Positions 32,868 to 41,758 of a DNA stretch of 64,000 bases are shown piece by piece. Position numbers and translations under genes: made by a program. How positions within the stretch are numbered: position 1 is the stretch's first letter; each line of letters opens with the position of its first letter. The DNA is from Anaerolineales bacterium (GTDB taxonomy: Bacteria; Chloroflexota; Anaerolineae; Anaerolineales; UBA11579): the NCBI GenBank assembly GCA_963675375.2, contig OY776212.2, forward strand, positions 3,152,567-3,216,566, given 5' to 3'. The notes beneath the pieces are model-generated. The model was not told where the DNA came from and searched no databases. It was given only the letters and a program-made list of their open reading frames with translations.

Positions 32868-34304
32868 TCACTCCAAACATGATCCGATCAATGGTGTCCA
32901 ATACCACTGCGTAAATATGGGGTTATAGATAGCCCCAATCACAACCCCCAAATACACGAGGGTAAATCCTAATACCCAGTAGCGCATTTCTGCATCTTGC
33001 ACCTTGTACCAATATTTAAATCCCCGATATAGAAAAATGAATGACATCACCACCAAGCATCCATAAGAAGCTATCCCACCTTTTAGCAAAATCCAAAAAT
33101 GGGCATTATGGATGTAATATCTGGCATCAAACCATGTTCTTTCCTCATAATCAATGCGGTGATCCCAGGTGCGGTATTTTGCACCTAAACCAAGACCAAG
33201 CAAAGGATGTTTTTGCACTTGCGGCCAGACATAACTATTTTCCACACTTCTCCATTCCAGGCTATCCTCGGATAAAGTGTCTACCTCAAACAAAGTCCCT
33301 AATCTTTCCACAGTCGCTAGTGTAAGCTGAGCATACCGCGCAGAAGGATTACTGTATGACAGGATCAACAATACTGCTAAAGCCAACAAAACCAAAAGAG
33401 CATAGTTTATTAATCGTCTTCTTTCAGCTTTTCTAGCAACGACTGCTAAGACAAAAACAGCCAAAGCAACCTGTACCCAGAAGCTTCTAGTAAACGTAAT
33501 TATTACTGCAAACCCAATCATCGCACACTGTAAGAGTAAAATGACTTTATTTTTTGCTTTAGGATTTACAATCAATTGGCAAATCAGCAGAATGAGAGCA
33601 GTAACAATTACCGATTGTCCGGGAGGTAGAATTCTTGTAATATCAGTATAGACTGTCTCCCCCGTCCGCAAGGCTTCCACTCGATCAGGCAAAAAGGGCA
33701 AAGAAATCCCTAGCAAAAACTGTAAGCTCATCGCAAAGGCCACCAGTGTTGCCAGCCAGATGATACCGTCTATCAACCAACGTAATTGCTTTTTTCTTTG
33801 AACCAGATTAATGACAATAAAAAATGCAAGATAATAACTTAAGACCCGGAATTCTCTAATTCCCTCATGAAAATCCACTTGATTATAAAGTGCGGCAATC
33901 AAAGTGGATAATAGCAAAAAGCCTAAATAAAACACCACCCACCAATTCATCGGCGAACTTATCAATTTGAAATCTGGTTCAACCAATGCCTTAAATACCA
34001 AAATTACCAATACACCAAGCAGTAAAATATCTGGTATATGCAAACTTCCAATTCCAATGGGCAGCAGGGGTAAATCCGACTCATAAATGATTCCAGATGT
34101 AATAAAGAGAATAGCTAACAACGAAATTTCTGGACGGTAAAAAAACAGAACGATCCCGAAAATTATAGAAACACCTGCCAATGCAATCAAAGGTGAGAAT
34201 ACGACGCTGGTTATCCCAATTAACAATCCCAGGATCACCGCGCTGATAATAATTGTTCTTTGATTCCATTTTAGAAATGTGTTTACAACCAATTTGGATT
34301 CCAT
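32868..34304 (-). CDS. O-antigen ligase/Wzy-like polymerase membrane protein
   Basis: 478 aa, polytopic, with a larger loop late in the protein (HPLLGLGLGAKY...), as in the Wzy_C/O-antigen ligase family. Confidence 0.55.
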   Translation of the reverse strand: MESKLVVNTFLKWNQRTIIISAVILGLLIGITSVVFSPLIALAGVSIIFGIVLFFYRPEISLLAILFITSGIIYESDLPLLPIGIGSLHIPDILLLGVLVILVFKALVEPDFKLISSPMNWWVVFYLGFLLLSTLIAALYNQVDFHEGIREFRVLSYYLAFFIVINLVQRKKQLRWLIDGIIWLATLVAFAMSLQFLLGISLPFLPDRVEALRTGETVYTDITRILPPGQSVIVTALILLICQLIVNPKAKNKVILLLQCAMIGFAVIITFTRSFWVQVALAVFVLAVVARKAERRRLINYALLVLLALAVLLILSYSNPSARYAQLTLATVERLGTLFEVDTLSEDSLEWRSVENSYVWPQVQKHPLLGLGLGAKYRTWDHRIDYEERTWFDARYYIHNAHFWILLKGGIASYGCLVVMSFIFLYRGFKYWYKVQDAEMRYWVLGFTLVYLGVVIGAIYNPIFTQWYWTPLIGSCLE

Positions 34305-34400
34305 TATTACTGTCTCATTCTTATGTTTTCATGGTGGGACAAAATGCACAACGTAATCTACACACCAAATCCTACAAAAATTACACTTAGCTGCCTTTTC

Positions 34401-36410
34401 TCATTCACCATACTGGATCACAATTTCAAATGATGCCTGTGCAGGCACATCCAAGGCAATTCGCAGCCAACCCTCTACTATCTGATAGGGATAGGATTCG
34501 CCATTTACAGTCACGGACAAAATTGGAACATTCAAGGTTTCTTCTTTCTGAATGTGATAAACCTTGCTAGCATCTGATTCATTGGTAATTTCGAGCACAT
34601 TGGTATACATGAATATACTGGTACTACCATCATCGTTTTGTTTTTCCAGATACAGATGCTTGAGAATATACCCTAAGCTATGCCACTCAACATTTGTGCT
34701 CAATGCATTGACAATGTCTGCCATCTCATTGAACGCTGTAATACCATCCGCAAATAGATCCTCCTCGTATGCAAAGGAGTAAAACAAAGCTGGTTTATCT
34801 ATAAAAAGATCGAAAAGAGAGGGTTGGATATTGGGTACAAACGGCATATAAGTACCCGGATGTCTGTTAGTCAGCAATGGAAAATTCCCAAAGCTCAACT
34901 CTGCCGGATACATGCCAAATCCCCAATTATCTGTTGGCATCGCCTCACCCAATGGAGCCGGCTGTGCGTTTACAGTTCCAAGATAATTATATTTTTTTAG
35001 CAGCTCTAATGTTTTTGTCGGTGCAATACCAGAAGGAAAAACCATTATCCTATCGAATGGCAGTTGTAAAGTCGCATTCATATCATTGAGGCGAAGCAAA
35101 CCTTCTTGAATATCTGCTTCTTGTTCACTCAATGGCCGGGCTGATAGATTAGGATCATCAACCGAATCATCCTCATCTAAAACATATTTGTAAAACTCAT
35201 AGCCATCCCCATTATTTCCTTGCTGAACAATAGATAAACGGTTTGGATAGCGCTTGAAGAGAGTTACGACCTCGTTATCATAATCTTCCCACTGAGCCGG
35301 CACCAGAGAAATTGTAGTATGGAAATTATGTAATTCCATTTCTCGTAGTAGAGAAGGATAAGAAAGCTGGAAAAAAGGTTCCACCAAGACGGGGTCATCC
35401 AATGTAAGGTTTGCATAATCCGTACTTCTATGCCAAGCCTCATCTTGCATCACATTTTTATAGACCATCATCATTGGGAGAATATAAGAAGAATACTGCA
35501 CATCGTAGTACATTTCTCTCAATCTCAATTCTCCCATGTACCGTCTCTGCCATCCTCCATCAATAAAAATACGCCCTTCCCCACTCTCCCATAATACGAA
35601 TACCGGATAAGTATCTCCAGACGCAGTATAAGCACTCATCAGAGTTGTCACAGTATTGGGATCAACCACTTCGATAGGAGAATCTCCCCAAGTAGTAATC
35701 GGAGGCGATTCAATCGTCTGTCCAGTAAACTCTCTAGTAACTGCCGGCATAGTTTCAGAAAAAGTCCAACCCAAAGGCGGTTCCAACGGATACCTGGCCC
35801 CACTTACTGCACCATCGGTAAGATCCGATAATAAATAAGTGTTCATCCGCCCATCTACGTTGCCGATATGTAGTGTGGATTCTCCCGAGTAGAGAGCAGT
35901 TTTTAATATTTCTAATTCCTCGTAAGTCAGCAATTGAGGAACCTTTAGGAAAGTAACCGCACTCACACCGATCAGCTTATACGGCTCACCATTTTCATCT
36001 TGAAGCAATTCTTTGGTTAGGGGATCATTTAAAATATCCAATTGTTTACACCCTAGCCCCAAAAACTCAGCAAGATGACAAAAGGTTTTATCGTAACTAG
36101 TAGGTAAATGGGAATCATACAACAGCAGCACATCAGCCACATCATCAATTTCTTCATTTTGTAGAAATGAGATTGGATTTTCCACCGTGGGAATAACAGA
36201 TTCTTCTTCCGAGATTGGCTCCTCTGCAATTTCAGAATCCGCAGAAGTAGGAACAGGAGTTTCATCCTGTGAATCTAGAACATAAGAATCCACCGAATCT
36301 ACTTCCCCTGGCGATTGTGTCTGAAAGTGTTTATTAGCTTGACTCCAAAGGACAATAAACCCTAGGATCAGAGCAATTAATATAACTATTAGAGCGTTAC
36401 GTACTTTCAC
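34401..36410 (-). CDS. Membrane-anchored extracytoplasmic protein of unknown function
   Basis: 669 aa. N-terminal TM helix ALIVILIALILGFIVLW and an acidic linker. No motif I can name with confidence. One segment (HNFHTTISLVPAQWEDYDNEV) faintly recalls DUF2334/CE4-like deacetylases. Confidence 0.35.
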   Translation of the reverse strand: MKVRNALIVILIALILGFIVLWSQANKHFQTQSPGEVDSVDSYVLDSQDETPVPTSADSEIAEEPISEEESVIPTVENPISFLQNEEIDDVADVLLLYDSHLPTSYDKTFCHLAEFLGLGCKQLDILNDPLTKELLQDENGEPYKLIGVSAVTFLKVPQLLTYEELEILKTALYSGESTLHIGNVDGRMNTYLLSDLTDGAVSGARYPLEPPLGWTFSETMPAVTREFTGQTIESPPITTWGDSPIEVVDPNTVTTLMSAYTASGDTYPVFVLWESGEGRIFIDGGWQRRYMGELRLREMYYDVQYSSYILPMMMVYKNVMQDEAWHRSTDYANLTLDDPVLVEPFFQLSYPSLLREMELHNFHTTISLVPAQWEDYDNEVVTLFKRYPNRLSIVQQGNNGDGYEFYKYVLDEDDSVDDPNLSARPLSEQEADIQEGLLRLNDMNATLQLPFDRIMVFPSGIAPTKTLELLKKYNYLGTVNAQPAPLGEAMPTDNWGFGMYPAELSFGNFPLLTNRHPGTYMPFVPNIQPSLFDLFIDKPALFYSFAYEEDLFADGITAFNEMADIVNALSTNVEWHSLGYILKHLYLEKQNDDGSTSIFMYTNVLEITNESDASKVYHIQKEETLNVPILSVTVNGESYPYQIVEGWLRIALDVPAQASFEIVIQYGE

Positions 36411-36448
36411 GTTTAAATCTCCAAGGGAATAGTCTCCCCTCTAATTCA

Positions 36449-37564
36449 TTATGCGGGTATCAATTCACTTTCAAATTTTTTAATCATGCTTACCATGTAT
36501 TCAATCTGCTCATCAGTCAATTCTGCATAGATAGGCAGAGAGAGAATTTCCTTCACCACTTGCTCAGTAACCGGCAAGTCGCCCTCTTTATAACCAAGCG
36601 ATGCAACAGCTGGTTGTAGGTGGATTGGCACAGGGTAATGAATCCCGGGGAATACATTGTGATCTCGTAACCACTGCATCAATTCATCACGGTGCTGCGT
36701 GCGCACCACATACAGATGATAAACATGCCGGTTCGCTGCCAATTCAGTCGGCGCGGTAACTGTTGTTTCGGCTAATAGAGATTTAAGTTTCTCAGCATGC
36801 GCCCTTCGTTGTTCATTCCAGGCCTCAAGATATGGCAATTTAGCCCGCAAAACGACTGCCTGAAGCTCATCCAACCGGGCATTCATCCCCACCACATGGT
36901 GATAATATTTCTCCTGCGAGCCGTGGTCGCGGATCATCCTGACCTTTTTCGCTAGATCATCATCATTTGTGGTAACAAATCCACCTTCCCCATAGCCGCC
37001 TAAATTCTTAGAGAAGTAAAAACTAAACGCCCCAGCATCTCCCATGCTTCCGGCTCGCCGCCCCTTATACTCTGCCCCATGCGCCTGGCAAGCATCTTCG
37101 ATCACTTTTAGGTCATGTTTCCGAGCAATTTCCAACAGCGGATCCATATCCACTGTTTGCCCATACAAATGCACCGGCAAGATCGCCTTTGTTTTATCGG
37201 TGATTTTGTCTTCAATCTGGCTCACATCCATCAAGCAGGTAACCGGGTCAATATCTACAAATACTGGTACTGCCCCGACCAACATAATTGCCTCTGTCGT
37301 TGCAATAAAGGTATGTGACACCGTAATGACTTCATCCCCATGCCCAATATCCATCGCCCGTAATGCCACATGGAGTGCATCCGTCCCGGAGCCGACACCA
37401 ATCCCGTGTTTTACCTGGCAAAATTCAGCAAATTCTTTCTCAAGAGCTTGCACATTCTTTCCAAGAAACAGATACATACTGTCTAACACGTCAGATATAT
37501 TGCTTAAAATTTCCTCTTTCAAAGGGCCATATTGCATTTTTAAATCTACTAAAGGAATATTCAT
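36449..37564 (-). CDS. DegT/DnrJ/EryC1/StrS-family PLP-dependent sugar aminotransferase (WbpE-like)
   Basis: Start trimmed to MNIPLVDLKMQY, with AGGAGA 7 nt upstream. Motifs GVGSGTDALHVAL and FSFYFSKNLGGYGEGG (the PLP lysine region). Confidence 0.75.
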   Translation of the reverse strand: MNIPLVDLKMQYGPLKEEILSNISDVLDSMYLFLGKNVQALEKEFAEFCQVKHGIGVGSGTDALHVALRAMDIGHGDEVITVSHTFIATTEAIMLVGAVPVFVDIDPVTCLMDVSQIEDKITDKTKAILPVHLYGQTVDMDPLLEIARKHDLKVIEDACQAHGAEYKGRRAGSMGDAGAFSFYFSKNLGGYGEGGFVTTNDDDLAKKVRMIRDHGSQEKYYHHVVGMNARLDELQAVVLRAKLPYLEAWNEQRRAHAEKLKSLLAETTVTAPTELAANRHVYHLYVVRTQHRDELMQWLRDHNVFPGIHYPVPIHLQPAVASLGYKEGDLPVTEQVVKEILSLPIYAELTDEQIEYMVSMIKKFESELIPA

Positions 37565-37574
37565 TTTATTTCTC

Positions 37575-38063
37575 CTATCCTTGTTCAACTGGTCTCAAAA
37601 CTTTTGCTGGGTTTCCCGAAACGATCATCCTCGGTGGTACATCCTTTGTTACCACGCTCCCAGCCCCAACGATCGCGCCTTCCCCAACTGTCACACCACA
37701 TAAAATCGTGGCATTACTTCCAATGGATGCACCTTTCTTAATCAAAGTGGGGATACAAGTCCAATCTTCTTCTGTTTGAAGTTGCCCATCGCCAGCTGTA
37801 GCCCGGGGATATTTATCGTTGATGAACATCACGCCATGCCCAATAAACACCTCGTCTTCAATCGTTACACCTTCGCAAATGAAAGTGTGGCTGGAAATCT
37901 TTGACATTTTCCCAACACTAACCCCTTTTTGGATTTCAACAAAAGTGCCGATCTTTGTTCCGTCCCCAATCTCACACCCATACAAATTCACAAAGGCATA
38001 GATTTTTACATCTTTACCTAAAACCACATCAGGAGATATTCTGGCAAAATCCGCATTTACCAT
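37575..38063 (-). CDS. Left-handed beta-helix (hexapeptide-repeat) acetyltransferase (WbpD-like)
   Basis: Start trimmed to MVNADFARI; the ATG at 38063 overlaps the end of the upstream gene. Hexapeptide repeats IGDGTKIGTFVEI, IGSNATILCGVTVGEGAIVGAGSVV. Confidence 0.7.
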   Translation of the reverse strand: MVNADFARISPDVVLGKDVKIYAFVNLYGCEIGDGTKIGTFVEIQKGVSVGKMSKISSHTFICEGVTIEDEVFIGHGVMFINDKYPRATAGDGQLQTEEDWTCIPTLIKKGASIGSNATILCGVTVGEGAIVGAGSVVTKDVPPRMIVSGNPAKVLRPVEQG

Positions 38064-39070
38064 TTGATCACCTCGTGAGTGGAATGATTCTTGATCGACT
38101 TTTCCGCTGCTTCGATGATTTTCACAACCCGTAAGCCGGACACCCCATCGCTTACCGGTTTTTTTCCGGTGGATACACAATCAATAAAGTGCAGGCACTC
38201 TTGTTTGAGAGGTTCCAGATAACGAATGTTAGGGATTGTGATGTTCCCATAGCGATAATTGCACTGAAACTCATCAAAGGTATTCGTGTAAAGGGGTTTA
38301 TCGACCCCTTTATCATAAATTTTGATTTTGTATTCATCTACATCATTGAAAACGGCCATTTTCTCGCTGCCAACCACTGTAACCCGCCGCACCTTGCATG
38401 GGTCAAGCCAACTCACATGGACATACGCCGACACATTATTTTTGAAGATCAGATTGAGATACACCACATCATACAAACCGTCGAAAACACACGGCATCCC
38501 ATGTGCGCTCACAGAGACAGGTTGGTCTTGGAGCAAGTACAGCAAAATGGAAATATCATGTGGAGCAAGGTCCCACAACACGTGAGACTTCTTTTGGAAC
38601 AATCCCAAATTTAACCGGGCTGCATCAATATAATAAATATCCCCCAACTCACCTTCGACAATATAATCTCGAAGTTGCAGTACGGCAGAGTTATATTCAA
38701 AAGTATGTCCGACCATCAAGGTTTTGTTTTGGGTTGCTGCCAAATCCACCAATAGTTCCCCTGCTTCACTATCTAAAGTGAGGGGTTTTTCCACTAACAC
38801 ACTCAACCCATTTTCCAAACACTCCTTGGCAATTGGGTAATGTGAATCTGGTGGTGTTGAAATCACAACGGCATCCAACCCCATATCAAACAAATCATGA
38901 TAATCAGATGTATAGGTAACTTCTGGGTACTTTGATCTCGCTCGCTCTAATTGCTCTTCTTTTACATCCGCTACCGCCACCACGTCAGATTCAGGGATTT
39001 CATAAAAATTGCGCGTTAAATTGGGTCCCCAATATCCATAACCAATGATTCCTACTTTCACGTTTTCCAT
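38057..39070 (-). CDS. Gfo/Idh/MocA-family NAD-dependent sugar oxidoreductase (WbpB-like)
   Basis: 337 aa. N-terminal VKVGIIGYGYWGPNL Rossmann motif and EKPL motif (LVEKPLTL). Confidence 0.7.
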   Translation of the reverse strand: MENVKVGIIGYGYWGPNLTRNFYEIPESDVVAVADVKEEQLERARSKYPEVTYTSDYHDLFDMGLDAVVISTPPDSHYPIAKECLENGLSVLVEKPLTLDSEAGELLVDLAATQNKTLMVGHTFEYNSAVLQLRDYIVEGELGDIYYIDAARLNLGLFQKKSHVLWDLAPHDISILLYLLQDQPVSVSAHGMPCVFDGLYDVVYLNLIFKNNVSAYVHVSWLDPCKVRRVTVVGSEKMAVFNDVDEYKIKIYDKGVDKPLYTNTFDEFQCNYRYGNITIPNIRYLEPLKQECLHFIDCVSTGKKPVSDGVSGLRVVKIIEAAEKSIKNHSTHEVIKW

Positions 39071-39084
39071 GATTCACTCCTCAA

Positions 39085-39834
39085 CTAAAGTGCCCCTTTG
39101 GTGGATATAACTGCGAAAGGCGTTTTCAATAATATTTTGATATCTAAAAACAATGATTGACGTTCTATATATTGCAGGTCTAGATTGACCTGATGGTCAA
39201 ACGATTTGGTACATCGTGCAGTTACCTGCTGCAACCCTGTCAATCCAGGTTTGGCTTGCAAACGTTTTTTATGCCACGGCAGGTAAACATCCACCTCATA
39301 AGGGATTGCGGGCCTGGGTCCCACCAAACTCATATGCCCCACAATCACATTCCAAAGCTGAGGTAATTCATCCAAACTAAACTTTCTAAGATATTTTCCT
39401 GGTCTAATAATTCTTGTGTCTTGGATTAATTTTTTGGTGTCTGTTTCTCCCCCTTGAATTTTAGCAGCGGTGTCAACGTCATTTATAATTAGTGCCTGTA
39501 CATATTTTTTATGGATTTCCGGGTCAGCATTTTCCTTCATTGTCCTGAACTTATAACAGGGGAATTCCACCTGCTCCCAGTAAATTCTGTCTCCATCCCT
39601 ACACAACTTAGCCCCCACCCGCCTTTGCACAAACAATACATGCCCGGGAGAGTATATAAAGATTAAGCAAGAAATTAAGAGCATAAGAGGCAAACATACT
39701 AAAAATAGTGCCGATGCAATGGTTATATCCAAGACTCTTTTAGATACATAGTAAATAATCCGTCTTCGATCAATGCATAGATTCTTTACTGCTTCTACAT
39801 TGGCTTGATCCCCAAAAGCAACTTTGATCGTCAT
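39085..39834 (-). CDS. Initiating polyprenyl-phosphate sugar-phosphate transferase (bacterial sugar transferase family, small PglC/WbaP-C type)
   Basis: 249 aa. One re-entrant helix, then YKFRTM, LDELPQLWNVIVGHMSLVGPRP. Confidence 0.75.
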   Translation of the reverse strand: MTIKVAFGDQANVEAVKNLCIDRRRIIYYVSKRVLDITIASALFLVCLPLMLLISCLIFIYSPGHVLFVQRRVGAKLCRDGDRIYWEQVEFPCYKFRTMKENADPEIHKKYVQALIINDVDTAAKIQGGETDTKKLIQDTRIIRPGKYLRKFSLDELPQLWNVIVGHMSLVGPRPAIPYEVDVYLPWHKKRLQAKPGLTGLQQVTARCTKSFDHQVNLDLQYIERQSLFLDIKILLKTPFAVISTKGAL

Positions 39835-39857
39835 CTTATTTCCTATCCAGGCATGCT

Positions 39858-41369
39858 TTATGAACTCTTATGAAAAATAAAATTATTAGTCGCTTTTTCT
39901 GCTTGGTTGACAATCATGCCCGTAAACTTGTCTTCCAAAGTACTCACATAGTCACTTGCATCCACAACATCGCCTTTATCTGAAAAAGTCCTTCGAATTA
40001 CGAGGATTACGCCCTCTACAGCCCCGACAAACATAGCGATATGGATCAATGGGAACATTGGAGAACTATCAATCAAAACAAAATCAAACTTTTCCTCAGC
40101 CTCTTTCAACAAATTCTGCATTTTCTTTTCAAAAGTCAGATCATTGACAGAACTATTTTGTTTCCCTGGTAAGAGATATAAATTTTCAATTCCTACATCA
40201 AGAAGCGTTATCTGATTGAAATCTGTCTCCCTATTCAGGTAATCGACCAAACCCACCTCAGGAGAAACGCCAAACACTCGATGAAGTGAAGGCTCATTCA
40301 TATCACCATCCACCAGCAGCACTTTTTTACCCAACTTTGCTAGAACAATCCCCAAATTGGCAACCACGGTCGTCTTCCCCTCTCCGGATTGAGTACTAAC
40401 GAATAAGAAGGATTTCAACCGGTCGCTTTCACTGACATATAAAAGGTTCTTTGCAATTTTTTCAAAAATGTTATACATCTGAGATGGACGATTTGGTTCA
40501 ACGATTAAATTCCGTTTATTGCTAGACGGTATCTTCGCAAATACAGGAACTTGAGTTGTAGTTACTATCTGTTCATCTGATGTTAGTGTGCTATCCGTAT
40601 TTTCGATTACAAAAGCAAGCCCTGCTCCACCAACCATACCTACCAATACCCCCAACACAATATTTACTAGCAATTTTGGAGAAATTGGTTCAGTTGGGAT
40701 TTGCGCAGTTTGTACAATCGTGATGCTGTTCTCAATAATGCTCTCTCGAAATGTAGCATTATGATATTCTTCCAAGAGGTTCTGATAATTTGTGCGCTTT
40801 TCATCCACGGTAATGCCGGTTATTTCAGCCTTAGCATTTTCATCAGGATCAAGAGATAGAAGTTCCCCTTCATATTGGGCAACCACATTTTCTAAGTCTA
40901 GCTTGGCTTGAGCAAGCTGTTCTTGAATAATATCTTCTGCTGTTTTAGTATCACCCATATAGATAGATTTACTATTTTTTATGAGTAATTCAGCGAGCGC
41001 ATTTGCTGCCGCAGCGGCAGTAGATGGTGATTGCGATTCAACCGAAATCTCAAACAGCTCTGTATTTGGAATATTCTCGATTGTGATGGTAGGCATGGTA
41101 TCAATACCTAACACCGATTGCAATTCATGATTCAATGATTCACTTGAAGCTATTTCCAAGAAAGTAGAAAACAATCGATCAAGATAAATAGCATCATAGT
41201 AATTCAATGATCCACCTGTCGTTGCGGAGATTCTTACCAAAGCTGATGTTTGATACACTGGCGTTAGTAATAACGTCCCCACTGTTACGACAATTAATGT
41301 CACAACAAGCGTTAAAAGAAATACAAATCGTCTTCGCCAAAGTACACGAAGGTAGTGCAAGAGATCCAT
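39858..41369 (-). CDS. Polysaccharide co-polymerase (Wzz-like) fused to a BY-kinase/CpsD-like P-loop ATPase domain
   Basis: 503 aa. N-terminal TM helix, a coiled periplasmic region and a second TM helix. Then Walker A SGEGKTT, Walker A' LLVDGDMNEPSL and Walker B FVLIDSSP. No C-terminal tyrosine cluster. Confidence 0.65.
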   Translation of the reverse strand: MDLLHYLRVLWRRRFVFLLTLVVTLIVVTVGTLLLTPVYQTSALVRISATTGGSLNYYDAIYLDRLFSTFLEIASSESLNHELQSVLGIDTMPTITIENIPNTELFEISVESQSPSTAAAAANALAELLIKNSKSIYMGDTKTAEDIIQEQLAQAKLDLENVVAQYEGELLSLDPDENAKAEITGITVDEKRTNYQNLLEEYHNATFRESIIENSITIVQTAQIPTEPISPKLLVNIVLGVLVGMVGGAGLAFVIENTDSTLTSDEQIVTTTQVPVFAKIPSSNKRNLIVEPNRPSQMYNIFEKIAKNLLYVSESDRLKSFLFVSTQSGEGKTTVVANLGIVLAKLGKKVLLVDGDMNEPSLHRVFGVSPEVGLVDYLNRETDFNQITLLDVGIENLYLLPGKQNSSVNDLTFEKKMQNLLKEAEEKFDFVLIDSSPMFPLIHIAMFVGAVEGVILVIRRTFSDKGDVVDASDYVSTLEDKFTGMIVNQAEKATNNFIFHKSS

Positions 41370-41758
41370 AATGAATTCCTTTCACGGTTAACAGCTATAT
41401 ATTATTTTGTTTGTGCAGTTTATCTTTGTATGATGATCCCCAATATTGTTTTCAAAACAGATGATTACTTGAAATAAATTTAATATAAATTGGGTTGCTG
41501 CCAAGTTCACCCTGCATCATCATTGTATATTTTTTCACATAGAAAATCAATAGGGATTCTGACGAATTTTGAAAATTGATAATAACTTATAGAAATCTAA
41601 TTAATTTATCAATGGTTCCAATCTGTAGTCAGCAAAAGCGCTGTAAGTATTCCACCACCCAAGAACATCTGTGCTACAATAAGATTTTATAACCAAGTTA
41701 AGTTAATCATTGATAACCTACAAAATATACCATTTATAAAATATCACTTTTATTACCA

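Noticed and set aside
37044-37779. 219-aa and 138-aa plus-strand ORFs
   Set aside because: They are antisense to the well-supported DegT aminotransferase and hexapeptide acetyltransferase genes. They are low-complexity Ser/Cys/Thr-rich translations.
41370-41758. AT-rich 389-bp divergent intergenic region with a TTGATAA...TTATCAA inverted pair
   Set aside because: The arms are short (7 bp) and 23 bp apart in very AT-rich DNA, which is easily explained by chance. Only the GAAC-N4-GTGC box was kept, as a low-confidence observation.
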